Source: Okamejei kenojei
Taxonomy: Eukaryota
Assembly: GCA_035221665.1 (NCBI GenBank)
Contig: JAVHYY010000119.1
Location: 62,001-126,000 of the forward strand
Direction of reading: 5' to 3'
Length of the DNA: 64,000 nt
The position numbers and the translations under genes are program-made. The notes below the pieces were generated by a model that was given only the letters and a program-made list of their open reading frames with translations, was not told the origin of the DNA and did not search any database. Position 1 is the first letter of the stretch. Every line of letters begins with the position of its first letter. This document shows, one piece after another, positions 23,908-38,307 of the stretch.

Positions 23908-26900
23908 ATTTTACTTCGGAGTCACGTGAGTGACTACGTGAATAGAAGCCCGTACAGCCGTTGGTGCGTCATGACGTCAGACGCTGGTGCAGTCGGCCGG
24001 TTGGAGCAGCAGCGCTCCTCCGAGCGGTAAGTTTAAACAGGTTACACGAAAAGCTGGAGAATTCAGCGGGTGCAGCAGCATCTAAGGAGCGAAGGAGATG
24101 GGCGACGTTTCGGGTCGAGACCCTTCTTCAGACTTCACCCTCCATTCTCCAGCATCTGCAGTTTTCGTTAACAGGTTTAAACGGAGGTAAGGTTTGTTGA
24201 AATACTTTACCACAGGTCATTTTCTGCGGCGGTTGGGAGTAGATATGTTGCAGAAAGTGAAGAAGGTGTCGGCGAGGCGCTCCGGGGGTAGAAAGGAAAA
24301 GTGGCAGGAGAGTGTTGAGGATGGAGGCCCGTCTGGTACACCTGGTCCGGTGCTGGCTACACAGCCAGTGGTTGCGGACCCACTGCCGGGGGGGCAGTGG
24401 AGGCTTGTCTGTAGGTGGAAGGCCATGGCAAGTCTCTGTGGCCCGTAGATGAGTCGGGCCTGGAGGTTATACCTCCATAGGAGAGTCCATTTGCTCACGG
24501 CTCTCCCCGTCGAGATTCTATTACAAAAGAATGCTCGACAGGGGCCAGCTCCGTGAGGAGGAGTGGTGCCCAAGCCAGGCTGATGGAGAGCTTGTGCTAG
24601 CAGCACCTGTTTCAGGGCTGCAGAAACTATCCTGCCTGTGAGGAGGATGTTCCAGCTCCGTGAGGAGGAGTGGTGCCCAAGCCAGGGTGATGGAGAGCTT
24701 GTGCTAGCAGCACCTGTTTCAGGGCTGCAGAACTATCCTGCCTGTGAGGAGGATGTTCTATCAGGGCCGTTTGTGACACTGTTTCTATGCTGGGGGAGAG
24801 CAAGGTGTTCGGTTGGAGGTAATTCCGAACATTGCTGGGAAGTTTGCTGAGTGTAGAGAGGCAGGAAAGGCGATTGATGTAGAATTGGCCGAAGCCATTC
24901 AGTATATGCTCTCCCACCAGTTACAGGAGCTAGCTATGGATGAAGTAGCAAAAAACTATAAAGCTCCTGTTAATTGTGATCTCCTGAAGGTACCGCTGGT
25001 TAATCACCAAATTTGCATAGATGGGTTTGCCTGCTAGGGCCTAGGAGATGAAGTTTTTAAAAAGTGCTTAAACTGTTGTAAGCAGGTATATTACAGCTGT
25101 GGTGAAATTTATTGATACAAATGATATGGTTGAAGCACACCAGGATGAACTGGGACTCCTTTGTAATGCATTTTGAAATTAATAATGTCGGGAGGGCCGC
25201 TATTAGGCCAGTGCTAACCCGAATTTGGCGAGTTGTGCAAACCGACCAGTGTACCACCACAAAATCTGCTGTTTGGTGGTAACCTTGCAAAAAGGGTCAA
25301 AGACTGTTATGAGGTTGTTATAACCATGGCCCTCATTAAGCCAGCTGGAAGCAAGGCAAAAAAGGTTCTCTACAAGAAGTCGAGGACAACAAGGCCGCAA
25401 GGAAAGATGCTGATAAGGAATATAACATTTGACAGACGATGAATTAACTGATGTTCCTGTTCAAATTGGGGGAAGGTTAAAATTGCTCTCAAACAATGGC
25501 AGCAGTTGACATCAGATTTGTTCATACTTAGTGTATTGAAGGGGTGGAAAAATTGGATTTTACTATGACAGTCTACCTAATCAACATTTTTCCTAGTCGT
25601 AAACTTATTTTTCAGATGAGGAAAATGTGCTTATTCAAGCAGAGATTCAGTCGTTACATAAGAAGGGGTAATTGAGCCTTCTGTCTATCAAAGTCAACAA
25701 TTTCTGTCAAGTATATTTCCCAGATCTAAAAGACTGGGGGATGTAGAAATTATTCTGGATTTATCGAATTTGAACAAATTTGTTTGTTATAGGCATTTCA
25801 AAATGGAGAACTTTACCACGGGCAAACATCTAGTGTCCAAAGGGTATTATATGGCAACCATTGATTTAAAGAATGCGTATTACGCAGTGTCTATTCATGG
25901 TGATGATAGAAGATACTTGAAATTTATTTGGATGACTGAGCTGTGGCAATTCAGGACATTGCCGAATGGATTAACTTCAGCTCCTAGATTATTTACTAAA
26001 TTGGTAAAACCTGTGTTAGCATTGCTTAGAGCTCAGGGGCATGTGGTAATGGCCTATTTAGATGATTTCTGATTGTTGGAAAGACTCATGCTGAAACTCA
26101 ATCATCAGTTTCAGTTGTTAAAATCACTTTTGAACAAATGGGATTTGTTATTCACCCAGGTAAATCTAAATTATCACCAGTCCAAATTATTGATTATCTG
26201 GGATTTACCATTAATTCCAATCACATGTTGGTAACTTTGCCCAGGGATAAATTGAATCAGTTAATTGAGGACTGTGTTAATCTCGTTGGAGAACAACGGC
26301 CTTTGATTAGACAAGTAGCCAGTTTTATTGGGAAGTTGTTGCAGTCTTTCCAGCTGTGCAGTATTGTCCTCTGCATTATCAACAATTACAACCATCAAAG
26401 GAACAGGCACTGAGAATACAAAGGGCTATTTTTGATAGGCCTATGCAGTTGTCAGCTGGGGCGATTGCTGACATACAATGGTGGATAGTACATGTTTCAA
26501 AAAATTTAAGGAAGGTTTCGTGGAATCACCGTCACTGATATTACAGACTGATGTGAGTGCACTGGGTTGGGGTGCAACAGATATGTCTTCTAGTTGTGGA
26601 GGCAGATGGAATGTGGATGAGACATCGCTTCCTCAATTAAGAGGGATTGATTATTTAGAGTTGTTGGGCACCTGGTATGGGCTCAAAGCTTATTGTTCTA
26701 CAAGGAGGGATCTGCATGTGCAGCTCAGATTCACAACACCACAGCAGTGGCATATGTAAACCACATGGGTGGAGTTAAGTCACAGTCTTGTGATAGACTG
26801 GCTAACCAGATTTGGAGCTGGTGTATTGACCAAAATATCTGGCTTTCAGCACTTTATTTGCCAGGAAGAGGTCACGTCAGTTAATGACAACATTGAATGG

Positions 26901-28667
26901 ATGTTAAATCAGGATGTGTTTAACCAAATGATTGATCAGTATGCATTGCCAGATATTGACTTGTTTGCATCTCGATTAAATCATCAGTTACCTAGATATG
27001 TTTCATGGTAACCAGATCCAGAGGCAGTAGCAGTGGATGCATTTTCGCTGCATTGGGTGAGGAATATTTGTGTATGTATTTCCTTCATTCTGTCTCATCA
27101 GCAGATGTTTGCAAAAGATCAAGGAGGATTCCGCTTCAGAGGTATTGGTAGTGCCAGATTGGCCTACACGAGCATGGTTTCCCGTTGTATTACAAATGGC
27201 TAGGGAGCCTTACATGCTTATGCCCAAGAATAAAAATCTACTGGTAAATCCAGTCACTGGGGATCAACATCCTTTATAGGATCGTATTGATCTGTTAATT
27301 TGCAGATTTTAAGGAGGCCATACCTGGGGAGAGGACTGTCTCATCGGACGGTGGATGTTCTCACGTCGGCCTGCAGGGATAGTACACAGCAGCAATATAT
27401 CACCTATATAAGGAAGTGGGAGCAATTCTGCCTACAGCAGGATATTGTACATCACACGGCAGGGATCACAGGTGTATTGGAGTTTGTCAACTCTTTATTG
27501 TGACCAAAAAATTAAGTTACAGTGCAATTAATTCAGCCAGAAGTGCTCTGTCTTCTTATTTACCTATGAATGCAGAATTGCATACAGTAGGGACACATCC
27601 GTTAGTTCACGATTCATGAAGGGAGTTTTCAATTCTAATCCTCCTAAACTCAGGTATGCCGGTATTTGCAATGTGAGTGAGGTTTTTATGCTTCTTCGCC
27701 AGTGGGCTCCGGTTACAAGCCTATCTATAGCCAAATTAACTATGAAGGTGGTCATGCTTCTGGTGTTGGTTTCAGCCAACGTGTACAAACATTGCAAAAA
27801 GCTACGGCTAGATAGAATGCATGTGTCGGCTGATGCCATTATATTTTATGTCTATGATTTGCTTAAACATAATAAAAGAGGCATGACAGGATGTAAGATG
27901 GTGTTTTCAGCATACCCCGCAGATGATCGCTTCTGTATAGTCTCACATTTATCTCTTTACATTGAGATTACTAAACCTCTGAGAGGAACAGAGTTGGCTT
28001 TGTTTATTAGTCACAAAAAACCACACAGTAAGGTGTCGGAGCAAACGATTTCAAGGTCCTCGCGGCCGCAGGATGGTCCAGTGAGCTAACTTTTCAGAGG
28101 TTTTGTATCACAAGCCGATTTCAAGGCTCGGGGTGTTTGCTGATTCTGGTGTCAGTACTGTTACATTTTTCCCCTGAGTTAGAGGGGTGTTGTTATGATT
28201 TGTTTGTAAATAAACTGTTGTTTCATTTAACAAATGTATTACTGATGCATGATTGATTGTTAACGACTTTTGAGTCAATCCAGGCAGTGTGAACGTCGGA
28301 TTTGAGTCTGCGGCGTGAATTCACAGTGCTTTGAAGTCTTCACGTAGTCACTCACGTGACTCCGAAGTAAAATAGTAAGATTAAACGAGAACTTACCAGT
28401 TTGAAGTTTGATCTTTATTTTATGAGGAGTCGAGTTGAGGGACTACGTGCCCTCCGCTCCCACCCTCATAGATCTCATCTGGTAGTTCTAGTTTTATCAT
28501 CTTACCGTTATACTTCAGTCATTGTTAGCTGTGAATTCATTCCGCTGCTTTGAAGATTGACGCACCAACGGCTGTACGGGCTTCTATTCACGTAGTCCCT
28601 CAACTCGACTCCTCATAAAATAAAGATCAAACTTCAAACTGGTAAATTCTCGTTTAATCTTACTATT
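23908..28667 (+). mobile_element. DIRS1-type tyrosine-recombinase retrotransposon, structurally complete but with frameshifts
   Basis: Left ITR at about 23932-23971 is inverted at about 28558-28597. The ICR at about 28340-28450 is complementary to both termini. ATT occurs at both ends. Coding remnants: RT (DLKNAYY...LPNGLTSAPRLFTK...YLDD), RNase H (TDVSALGWG...NTTAVAYVNHMGG), N6-adenine methyltransferase-like (DIDLFASRLN...DAF...YVFPSF...VPDWP) and YR (SAINSARSALS...LALFIS...AGWSS). Confidence 0.92.
24545..24758 (+). repeat. Tandem duplication of about 107 bp in the DIRS gag region
   Basis: CCAGCTCCGTGAGGAGGAGTGGTGCCCAAGCCAGG...GAGGAGGATGTTC occurs twice. Confidence 0.9.
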
Positions 28668-29310
28668 ATTATGGAGTAACCCTGCCTTAGGATAAATCAA
28701 AGACATTGATTACAAAGGAAAGACTATTGGTCATTAAACTTTGGCAAAATTATGATCCAATGTAAAGATTTGATAATGGATCAAAAAAAGGCAGGAGTAT
28801 GATAAATAAATATTTATCCAACACAGCCTTATGTGAACCCATATGATTGGGAAGAGAAGGCTTCATGTACATTTGAAGAGGTGCAAAAAACTTGTTACAG
28901 AAGAAGTTGGTGAAATCTCCAATTGTGGGAGATTACAGGTGTGTTATGATCAATGATATGGCATAACAGAAGGACTACAAAAAATTTGTAGAAGGAATTG
29001 GTTCACCTGTATAGGAAAACCTAAAAATTGATTTTAGGTTTGCACCCAAAATATCTCCAATAAAGAAGAGGTACGTAAATTTGTATCATAAATTTCCCCA
29101 GGGAAAAAGAAGATGTGGTGGTAAAGCCATATAAGACATAATTTTAAATACACTTTTACAGTGTAAAAACATTTTATTAAAATGGACATCTTCAACATTG
29201 AAAAACAGTTGTATTTAACAAATTGTTAATCATTACTATAAGACTCGAAGGATTGGTATTTAGTCCCAATTTATTATCATATTACAGGTGCTTGAAATTC
29301 ATTCGAATGG

Positions 29311-30298
29311 GTCAATACATCAATGATCTGGATGATGGGGTGGAACATTGGATAAGTAATTTTCTATAAGTAATGATACTAAGATAGGTGGTGTTGTGGA
29401 TAATGAAATAGATTTTCAAAGTCTACAGAGAGATTTGGGCCATTTGGAAAAGTGGGCTGAAAGATGGCAGATGGAGTTTAATGCTGTTAAGTGTGAAGTG
29501 CTACATCTTGGCAGGACAAATCAAAATAGGACGTACATGGTAAATGGTAGGGAATTGAGGAATGCTGTGGAACAGAGGGATCTAGGAATAACTGTGCATA
29601 GTTCCCTGAAGGTGGAATCGCATGTAGATAGGGTGGTAAAGAAAGCCTTTGGTGTGCTGGCCTTTATAAATCAGAGCATTGAATATAGGAGTAGGGAAGT
29701 AATGTTTAAAATTGTACAAGGCATTGGTAAGACCAATTCTGGAGTATGGGGTACAATTTTGGTCGCCTAGTTATAGGAAGGATGTCAACAAAATAGAGAG
29801 AGTACAGAGGAGATTTACTAGAATGTTGCCAGGGTTCCAGCAACTATGTTACAGAGAAAGGTTGAACAAGTTAGGTCTTTATTCTTTGGAGCGCAGAAGG
29901 TTAATGGGGGACTTGATTGAGGTCTTTAAAATGATTGAAAGGGATAGACAGAGTTGACGTGGATACGTTTTTCCCATTGAGGGTAGGGAGGATTCAAACA
30001 AGAGGGCATGACATGAGAATTAAGGGACAGAAGTTTTGGGGGGTAACATGAGGGGGAACTTCTTTACTCAGAGGGTGGTGGTTGTGTGGAATGAGCTTCC
30101 AGCAGAAGTGGTGGAGGCAGGATCGATTTTAACATTTAAGAGTAAAGTGGATAGGTATATGGACATGAAGGGAATGGAGGGGTATGGTCTGAGTGCAGGT
30201 AGATGGGACTAGGGGAAAACAAATGGTCGGCACGAACTGGAAGGGCCGAGAGGGCCTGTTTCCGTGCTGTCATTGTTATATGGTTATATGGTTATATG
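29311..30298 (+). mobile_element. Young CR1 LINE 3' fragment
   Basis: YINDL...LQRDLGHLEKWAERWQMEFN...DLG...YKALVRPILEY with a (TTATATGG)n tail. Near-identical to 22981-23570 and 62521-63268. Confidence 0.9.
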
Positions 30299-31954
30299 GG
30301 TCAGCTGCGCAAGTTGAGATATTGTCTAAAGGATTAAACTCAGTTCTACGCTGTTCAATAATTACTGGAACAACAATTGTACTGATAAGAAGATCAGCAC
30401 TTGCACTAATGAGGACATGGCCATGGTTTATCTTGATCACATTTTAAATTGGAAGGTTGATCAGGAATCCGCTGCAAATTAGTGCAGCAATTACAAGCCT
30501 ATTGAGAGGCAAGGGTTCTGACCCATCCAATAAAAGCTATGTTTTAAGCATTCATAAACATTCCGCAAATTACTATTCTGGGTTTAGGTAATTCAGCACC
30601 ATATGAGGGGGAAAAATGTTTTCCGAGATACAAATGTCTCATTGCTTTGTTGACAAACTTTGTCCCTCCATCAGAGAAGGAGCTTAAAGAGTAAAAAAGC
30701 TCAAAAAAAGGGAAAACACAAGCATTATAAGAGTATGCAAATACCAAAGGATACGTTATCAGAATTAAAGTGGTGGATGGAAAAGGTTCCACAAGCTGCT
30801 TTAAATATATAAGCTTAGCAGCTGTTACAAGTTGAAGCAAGTATTATCGGATGAAGGATAGCTTCTGTGATTATTTGGGTTAAGATAAGTATAATATCTA
30901 TTCTTAATCAAATTAATATTTGATACGTCCATTGTTTAGGGGACTACGGATAAATAACACCAGGGAATTGCAAATGCATTTTCCTAAGAATTTTTTTTCT
31001 CCAAACATTTATATTAATAATTGGAGTATCAGGAGCTTTTTATGGGTTAAATGCCTATTATTCTATTATGAAAGTGTGCATGTCATATCAGGTGAACAAT
31101 ACCACGGCTGTGGCATATATCAATCACATGAGTCAAGTAAGATCATTATCAAGTGATTATCTGGGTAACCAGATGTGGAGTACTCTAAAAATGTTTTAGT
31201 TCAGTTGTTTATCTCTAAGGAAGAGACAATGTTGTCGCAGATGACAAATCACGGGAAAAACATTGTCAGTAATATGGATTACTTACCATTAATCTGGTTG
31301 TATCCAGATTAAATCACCGATCTCTTAAATGTTCTCGTGGGAAAACCGAGAACAGTAGCGGTGGATGCATTTGGCTAAATGACATGAGGAAAGATGTTCT
31401 TTTATGTTCCTCATTTTTGTCTGATAGGGCAGTGTCTGGTGAAAATGTAGCAGGACGCTGCCAGGGGCGCTTTGGTGGCCCAAACTGGACCTTCATTATT
31501 CTCATTAATGTTGAGAAGAAATGTTTGAACCAGTTATGATGACTCATAGTTGCAGTAATTTATTGTTGTACAAATTCATCGAGGGCATGAAGATATGAAT
31601 TAGGTTATCTGCAGGTCTGACCAGACCATCATAACAGTTTGATGGTTAAAGAGGTCTATGAATGTTTAACGAATATAACAATATAACAATTATGTACAAA
31701 AGGAATGTTATACCTGCAATTTGGAGAAACAGTTTAAAAACTAATATTTTGTTTAAAGCAAATTGGAAGTCTTTTGCAGACAGTAAAAGTTATTTTATCA
31801 TATTAGATATATGGGAGTTCCTTGTGGATTGCATTTTTTCTCAGCATCTAAGTGATAGATCCAATAATAGAGCTCATAGTGTTTATCATCCAATTTAGGA
31901 CAAATTGCTGACCAAGAATTTATCGGGCTCATTCGTAATATCCCGATATGAAAG

Positions 31955-31958
<4 letters not shown>

Positions 31959-32024
<66 letters not shown>
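31959..32024. repeat. (AT)n microsatellite
   Basis: Perfect AT run. Confidence 0.95.
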
Positions 32025-32032
<8 letters not shown>

Positions 32033-33546
32033 ATCCAAAGTTGAAATACAGAAGTTGGGAGATCAGCATAGTCCAGATTTGTCTTGGGCAATGGACTCCA
32101 ATTCTATCAATGATTCAAAAGATTAATATTGAAAGTGTTAATGCTCATGACATTAGTGTCAGCATAAGAGTGCAAACATTGCAAATGTTACGTTATATAA
32201 TTGCATATGGCTACAGAGTACATTATCTTATATGTTTATGAATTTACCAAACAAAGCAGACCAAGAAGAGCTGGAACCAATGTAAAATTTAAGCATATCC
32301 TGTCGGCCAAAAAATGTGTGTGGGTCAACATTGACTCCCCAGAACCCCTAACACCCGTACTAACCAAGAAGGTATTTATCTTTGCATTAAAAATATCCAT
32401 TGACTTGTCCTCCACAGGCAAACATTTCCACAGATTCACTATCCTCTAATTAAATAAATTCCTCCTCATCTACATCGTAAAGGAATGCCCTTTAATTCTG
32501 AAGCTATGACCTCTAGTCCTGGACTCTCCCACTAGTGGAAACAGTCTCTCTACATCCACTCTATCCAAGCCTTTCACTGTCGGTAAGTGTCAATAAGGTT
32601 CCCCCTCATTCTTCTAAACTCCAGCCATCATGATCATAAACCTCCTGTGGACCCTCTCCAATGCCAGTACATATCCCCTCATATATCCCCTCATATAAAA
32701 CTGCTCCCAATTCTCCATGTGCGGTCTGACCAGCGTGTCATAAAGCCTCAGAATTTTATCGTTTTATTGTCACTACCTCACCATGATCATATCTGGTTTG
32801 TTTCACAATAGTTTTAGTTCTTAGTTTTAGTTTTAGAGATACAGAGTGTAAACAGGCCCTTCAGCCCACCGAGTCCTCGCTGACCAACGATCCCCACACA
32901 CTAACACCATCCTACACACACAAGGGACAATTTGCTATTTTATAGAAGCCAATTAACCTACAAACGTGTAAGATCTTTGGAGTGTGGGAGGAAACTGGTG
33001 CATGGGGAGAACGTACAAACTCTGTAAAGACAGCACCTAGTCAGGATCGAACCCAGGTCTCTGGCGCTGCGAGGCAGCAGCTCTACCGCTGCGCCACTAT
33101 GCCGGGCATATAACAATGCCAAACCAAATTGCCTAATATACTCGATTACAAGCTGCTCTTAGAAGCCATCTCAAAGACACTCTACAAGTACCTTCCCTTG
33201 GTATCCAACATCAACTTGAATTTCCCAGTCTACCTGCAGTTTGATACCCCGCATGCAGTGATGGAAATGGGGGGGTACGCAAGGGGACGGCGTTCCCCTA
33301 GTTTTCAATTTCCAGTTTCCATCCTGGGCGTGAATTGGCAGCTTTATCCTGCTCTACTTAATCCAAGGGCGAGCGAACGAGCGGACAGATGGACGAAAGC
33401 AACGATCATAGAGTGGAATATATCACATTTCGGGTCGAGACCCTTCTTCAGACTGAGTCAGGGGAAAGAGGAACAAGAGATATAGATGGTACTAAGGACA
33501 AATGAATGGAAGATATGACTGTATCTCCCGTTTCCTTTACCCTTGA

Positions 33547-33795
<249 letters not shown>

Positions 33796-33875
33796 TAAGG
33801 AGGAAATTAAAATAAAACACCCAAAGGAAATAGATGTTTAACAAAAAAAGGGGGCCGGAGATCGCTCCGTGTCCG

Positions 33876-33919
<44 letters not shown>

Positions 33920-33920
<1 letters not shown>

Positions 33921-34266
33921 AGGGCCGGCATTAGGCCTAAGGGGGCCTCGCGCTAGAGTAATCTACTCTCGGCTCGGTTACATCTACCCCAGGAGGAGGG
34001 TGGGGAGGAGAGGGTTGGAGGGGGAAGAAAGGGATAGACGGGGAGGGGGTGTGAGGGGGAATGAAGAAGGGGAGGTGTGTCGATCCGGGGAAGCGCTACG
34101 CCCCTGCAGTCACAATGCTTCACGCACACAGCCCCAGCTCCCCCCTCTCTCTTCCCGGGTAGACGCGGTTAACAATGCTGGGAGGGCCGGGCCGGGGGTT
34201 GGAGCAACATTTACAAACCTCGGCGTCAGCTCACATCCGTCCGCCCGGACCCCGGCATCCGCTCCC
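33920..34266 (-). mobile_element. Partial copy of the hAT-like MITE at 38308-39223, opposite orientation
   Basis: CAGGGCCGGC terminus. CGCGCTAGAGTAATCTACTCTCGGCTCGG and GGGGTTGGAGCAAC.TTTAC are reverse complements of sequence at 38800-39160. Runs into a gap. Confidence 0.75.
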
Positions 34267-34479
34267 NNNNNNNNNNNNNNNNNNNNNNNNNNNNNNNNNN
34301 NNNNNNNNNNNNNNNNNNNNNNNNNNNNNNNNNNNNNNNNNNNNNNNNNNNNNNNNNNNNNNNNNNNNNNNNNNNNNNNNNNNNNNNNNNNNNNNNNNNN
34401 NNNNNNNNNNNNNNNNNNNNNNNNNNNNNNNNNNNNNNNNNNNNNNNNNNNNNNNNNNNNNNNNNNNNNNNNNNNNNNN
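34267..34479. other. Assembly gap
   Basis: N run. Confidence 1.
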
Positions 34480-35989
34480 CTCACTCCCTTATCTCCTTCC
34501 TCCCTTCTCTCTCCCTCCCCTCCCCCCCACACACACATAACGCACAGACAACTAACACACACACACATCACGCACCGACCATCGATCACCCGTTCACACA
34601 CTAGTTCTACGTACACGTGAAGAACGTACAAACTCCACACAGACAGCACTCATAGTCAGGATCGCAGCGGGTCTCTGGTGCTGTGAGGCAGCAACTCTAC
34701 TGCTGCGCCACCGGGCCACCATCATGTAACTTGGCAAAGATTAGTGGGAAGTCTAACGATTGGGAAGCTTTTAAAAAGCAACAGAAGGCATCTAGTTTGG
34801 TCATAAGGTGATAAGGTCATAAGCGATAGGAACAGAATTGGGCTATTCGGCCCATCAAGGCTACTCCACTATTCAATCATGGCTTATCAATACTTCCCTC
34901 CTAACCCCATTCTCCTGCTTCTCCCCATATTCTCTCACCTGTACTAATTAAGAATCTATCTAACTCTTTGCAAACTCCACGAGTGCAGGCCCAGTGCCGC
35001 CAAACGCTCATCGTACGTTAACCCACTCATTCCCTGGGATCGTTCTTGTGTTATAAAGCCTCAGCATTTATCCTTTTTATGGTCACTACCTCGGAACAGT
35101 TCTTTTAACTGATTCACCCTGATTAAATTTGGTTTGTTACACAATAGTTTTAGCTTTTAGTTTTAGTTTTAGAGATACAGCGCAGAAACAGGCCCTTTGG
35201 CTCACCAAGTCCGCGCAGACCATCGATCACCCGTTCACACATTAGTTCTATGTTTAGTTTGTAGATACAGCATGGAAATCGGCCCTTTGGCCCACTGTGA
35301 CCACGCCGACAAGCGATTCATGCACACTAACACCATCCTACCCACACTCGGGACAATTTGCAATTTTACCGAGGTCAATTAACCTTCAAACCAGTAACGT
35401 CTTTGGAGTGTGGGAGGAAACCTGAGCACCTGGAGAAAACCCTCGCAGGTCAAGAGGAGAACTTACAAACATACAGACAGCACCCGTAATCAGGATCAAA
35501 CCCAGGTCGCTGGTGCTGTAAGGCAGCAGCTCTACCACTGCACCACAGTGTCACCCATATATCAATACCAAACCAAATTGCCTAATATGCTCGATCACAA
35601 GCTGCTCTTAGAAATAATCTTGAAAACACTACAAATTTGTTCCCTTGGTATCCAGTATCAACTTGAATTTCCCAGTCTACCTGCAGATTAATACCCCCTA
35701 TGTCCTTTATCCTGCTGCAACTTTACACCACCTTCCTTGCCAACCACAACATCACACATTTTCATATCACCTGAACATTTGCAAATTGTACTTTCTCCCA
35801 CTGGAGACATAAAAGACTGCAGATGCTGGAATCTGTAGCAACATTCCATCTACTGAGGGAACTCAGCGGGTCAGGCAGCTTTTCATAACTTTGTTAGATA
35901 CAGGAGCAGAATAAGGTCATTTGGCCAATCGAGTCCACTCCGTCCTTCAATCATGGCTGATCTATCTTTCCCTCTCGACCCCATTCCCT

Positions 35990-36890
35990 CTCTGACCCGA
36001 CCTAGGCTTCGAACACAATATCTGCCTATGGATTAAGGACCTCCTTACAGACTGGCCGCAGTCAGTCAGGATGGGACCCCACCACTCTCCCACTCTGACA
36101 CGCAGCACAGGAACTCCACAAGGCTGTGTGCGGAGCCCCCTCCTCTGCTCCTTCTATACCTATGACTGCATACCGACCCACAGCACGAACACCATCATTA
36201 AATTTGCAGACAACACGACAGTGGAGGGGCTGATCACTGAGGGCGATGAGTCAGCTTACAGGGAGGAGGTACATAGGTTAATAGGCTGGTGCGCTTAGCA
36301 CTCAATACAAACAAAAACAGAAGAGCTCATCATTGACTTCAGGATGACCATGCACATAAACGCAATGTTCAGGTTCCTTCTCAGAGATCTCAGTGGTCAA
36401 CTAACACACACTCCCTGGTGATGGAGGCACAACAGCGGCTTTATTGCTGGAGATCACTCAGGAAAGTCAACGCCACAACAGCTGCTAGTGTCATTCTACA
36501 TTACGCATAGAGAGTGTCCTGACCAACATGGCATCTGGTATGAATGGCAACAGTTCACAAGGAGGTTCTGCAGAGAGTCATCAACACAGCCCAAAAGATC
36601 ACCACATGCACCTGCTGCCCTGGAAGAGAACGGCATCACGTATACTAAAGGACTCATCTCATCCCGCACATCAATTGTTTGCCCTTCTGCCCATTTGACA
36701 GTTTCTACCCAAAGGCCATTCTGAACTCTGCATGAACACACAGCCCATAGCCAATATTTTGTACTGCCACAACACCTCTGTGAAATGTTGCACATTGCAC
36801 AGTATGACGACGTTTTCTTGCCGTTTTTGTTATTTATTATTCGTTATTATTTATCTGATACGTTGGAGTCCGTTGGGGCAGTGTGTCTGA
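35990..36890 (+). mobile_element. Decayed Rex1-like LINE RT fragment
   Basis: STGTPQGCVRSPLLCSFYTYDC...IIKFADNTTVEGLI...DESAYREEV. Confidence 0.85.
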
Positions 36891-38307
36891 AATTTCATTG
36901 TCTGGACAACATGACCTCCGACACCCGTACTAAAGAATCTGTCAATCTCCGCCTTAAAATCACCTATTGGCAAAGAAGTCCACAGACTCACCAATCTCTG
37001 GCTAAAGAAATTCCGCTTCATCTCCTTTAAAAATGTACGTCCTTTTATTGTGAGGCAGTGCCCTCTGGTCCGAGACTCTCCCACTAGTGGAAACATCCTC
37101 TCCACATTCACTCTATCCGGGACTTTCACTTTTCGGTACGTCAATGAGATCCCCCCTCATCCTTCTAAACTCCAGCGACTGCAGGCCCAGTGCCGTCAAA
37201 TGCTCATCGTGTGTTAAGCCACTCTTTCCCTGGGATCGTTCTGGTAAACCTCCTTTGGACCCACTGCAATGCCAGCACATCCTTCCTCAGATATTGGACC
37301 TAAAACTCTTCACAATGTTTTCTGGTGGGAGAGGAATTTGTGCAACCTCGTAGAGCAGGGAAACAGGCCTTTCGGCCCATCTCATCCATACTGACCAATA
37401 ACCACCATCCAAACGTCCCATTTTCCTGCATTTGGCCCGTATCCCACTGAACCTTTCCTCTACACCTACCTGCGCAAGTGTCTTTTAAAGTGCGGCATGA
37501 TAGCACAGATGTAAAGTTGCTGCATCACAGTGCCAGAGACCTGGGTTCGATCCTGGCTACTGGTGCTGTCTGTACAGAGTTTGTACATTCTCCCCGTGAC
37601 CAGCGTGGGGTTTCTCCGGGATCTCCGGTTTCCACCCACACTCCAGGTTTGTAGGTTAATTGGCCTGGTGTCATTATAAATCGTCACTAGCATGTGTTGG
37701 GTAGCATTAGTGTGCGGGGTGATCGACAGTCAGCGTGGTCTCGGTGGGCTGAAGGGCCTGTTTCCACACTGGATCTCTAAACTAAACACAGAACTCGTAT
37801 GTGAATGGGTGATCGATAGTCAGCTTGGACTCGGTGAGCCTTTTTCCACACTGGATCTCTAACTAATGTGTGAACGGGTTTCATTGGTCGGTGGGCCGAA
37901 GGGCCTATTTTCGCGCTGTATCTCTTAACTGAACTGAACCAAACTAAATGTTGTTATTGTACTTGCCTCAACTACTTCCACCGGCAGCTTGTTCCACAAC
38001 CCCACACATCCCCTCATCAACCTCTGTATGAATAGCCTCTTACTTCAACTTTAGTAATGATCAGCTTAGAGCCCTCGGCTGTTCCTCAGATACCTTCCCT
38101 AGTTCATGTACCAGGCACCATGTGGGACTTAACCACATGGCAGAACAGGGGCCGTTGATGTCAGTTTAGTTTAGTTTTCTAGTTTAGAGATACAGCACGG
38201 AAACAGGCCCTTCCGCCCACCCAGTCCGCGCCGGCAATCGATCACCCGTTCACACACTAGTTGTATGTTTAGTTTAGAGATACAGCACAAAAACAGGCCC
38301 TTCGGCC

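Larger units (their letters stand above)
22036..32325 (+). mobile_element. Older, highly decayed DIRS-type retrotransposon (outer element)
   Basis: Begins with the same terminal motif TACTTCGGAGTCACGTGAGTGACTACGTGAA as the inner element. Downstream remnants include TAVAYINHM (about 31104), AVDA (about 31357), PKLKYRSW, RVQTLQ and KQSRP (32030-32290). It is interrupted by two CR1s and the inner DIRS. Confidence 0.7.
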
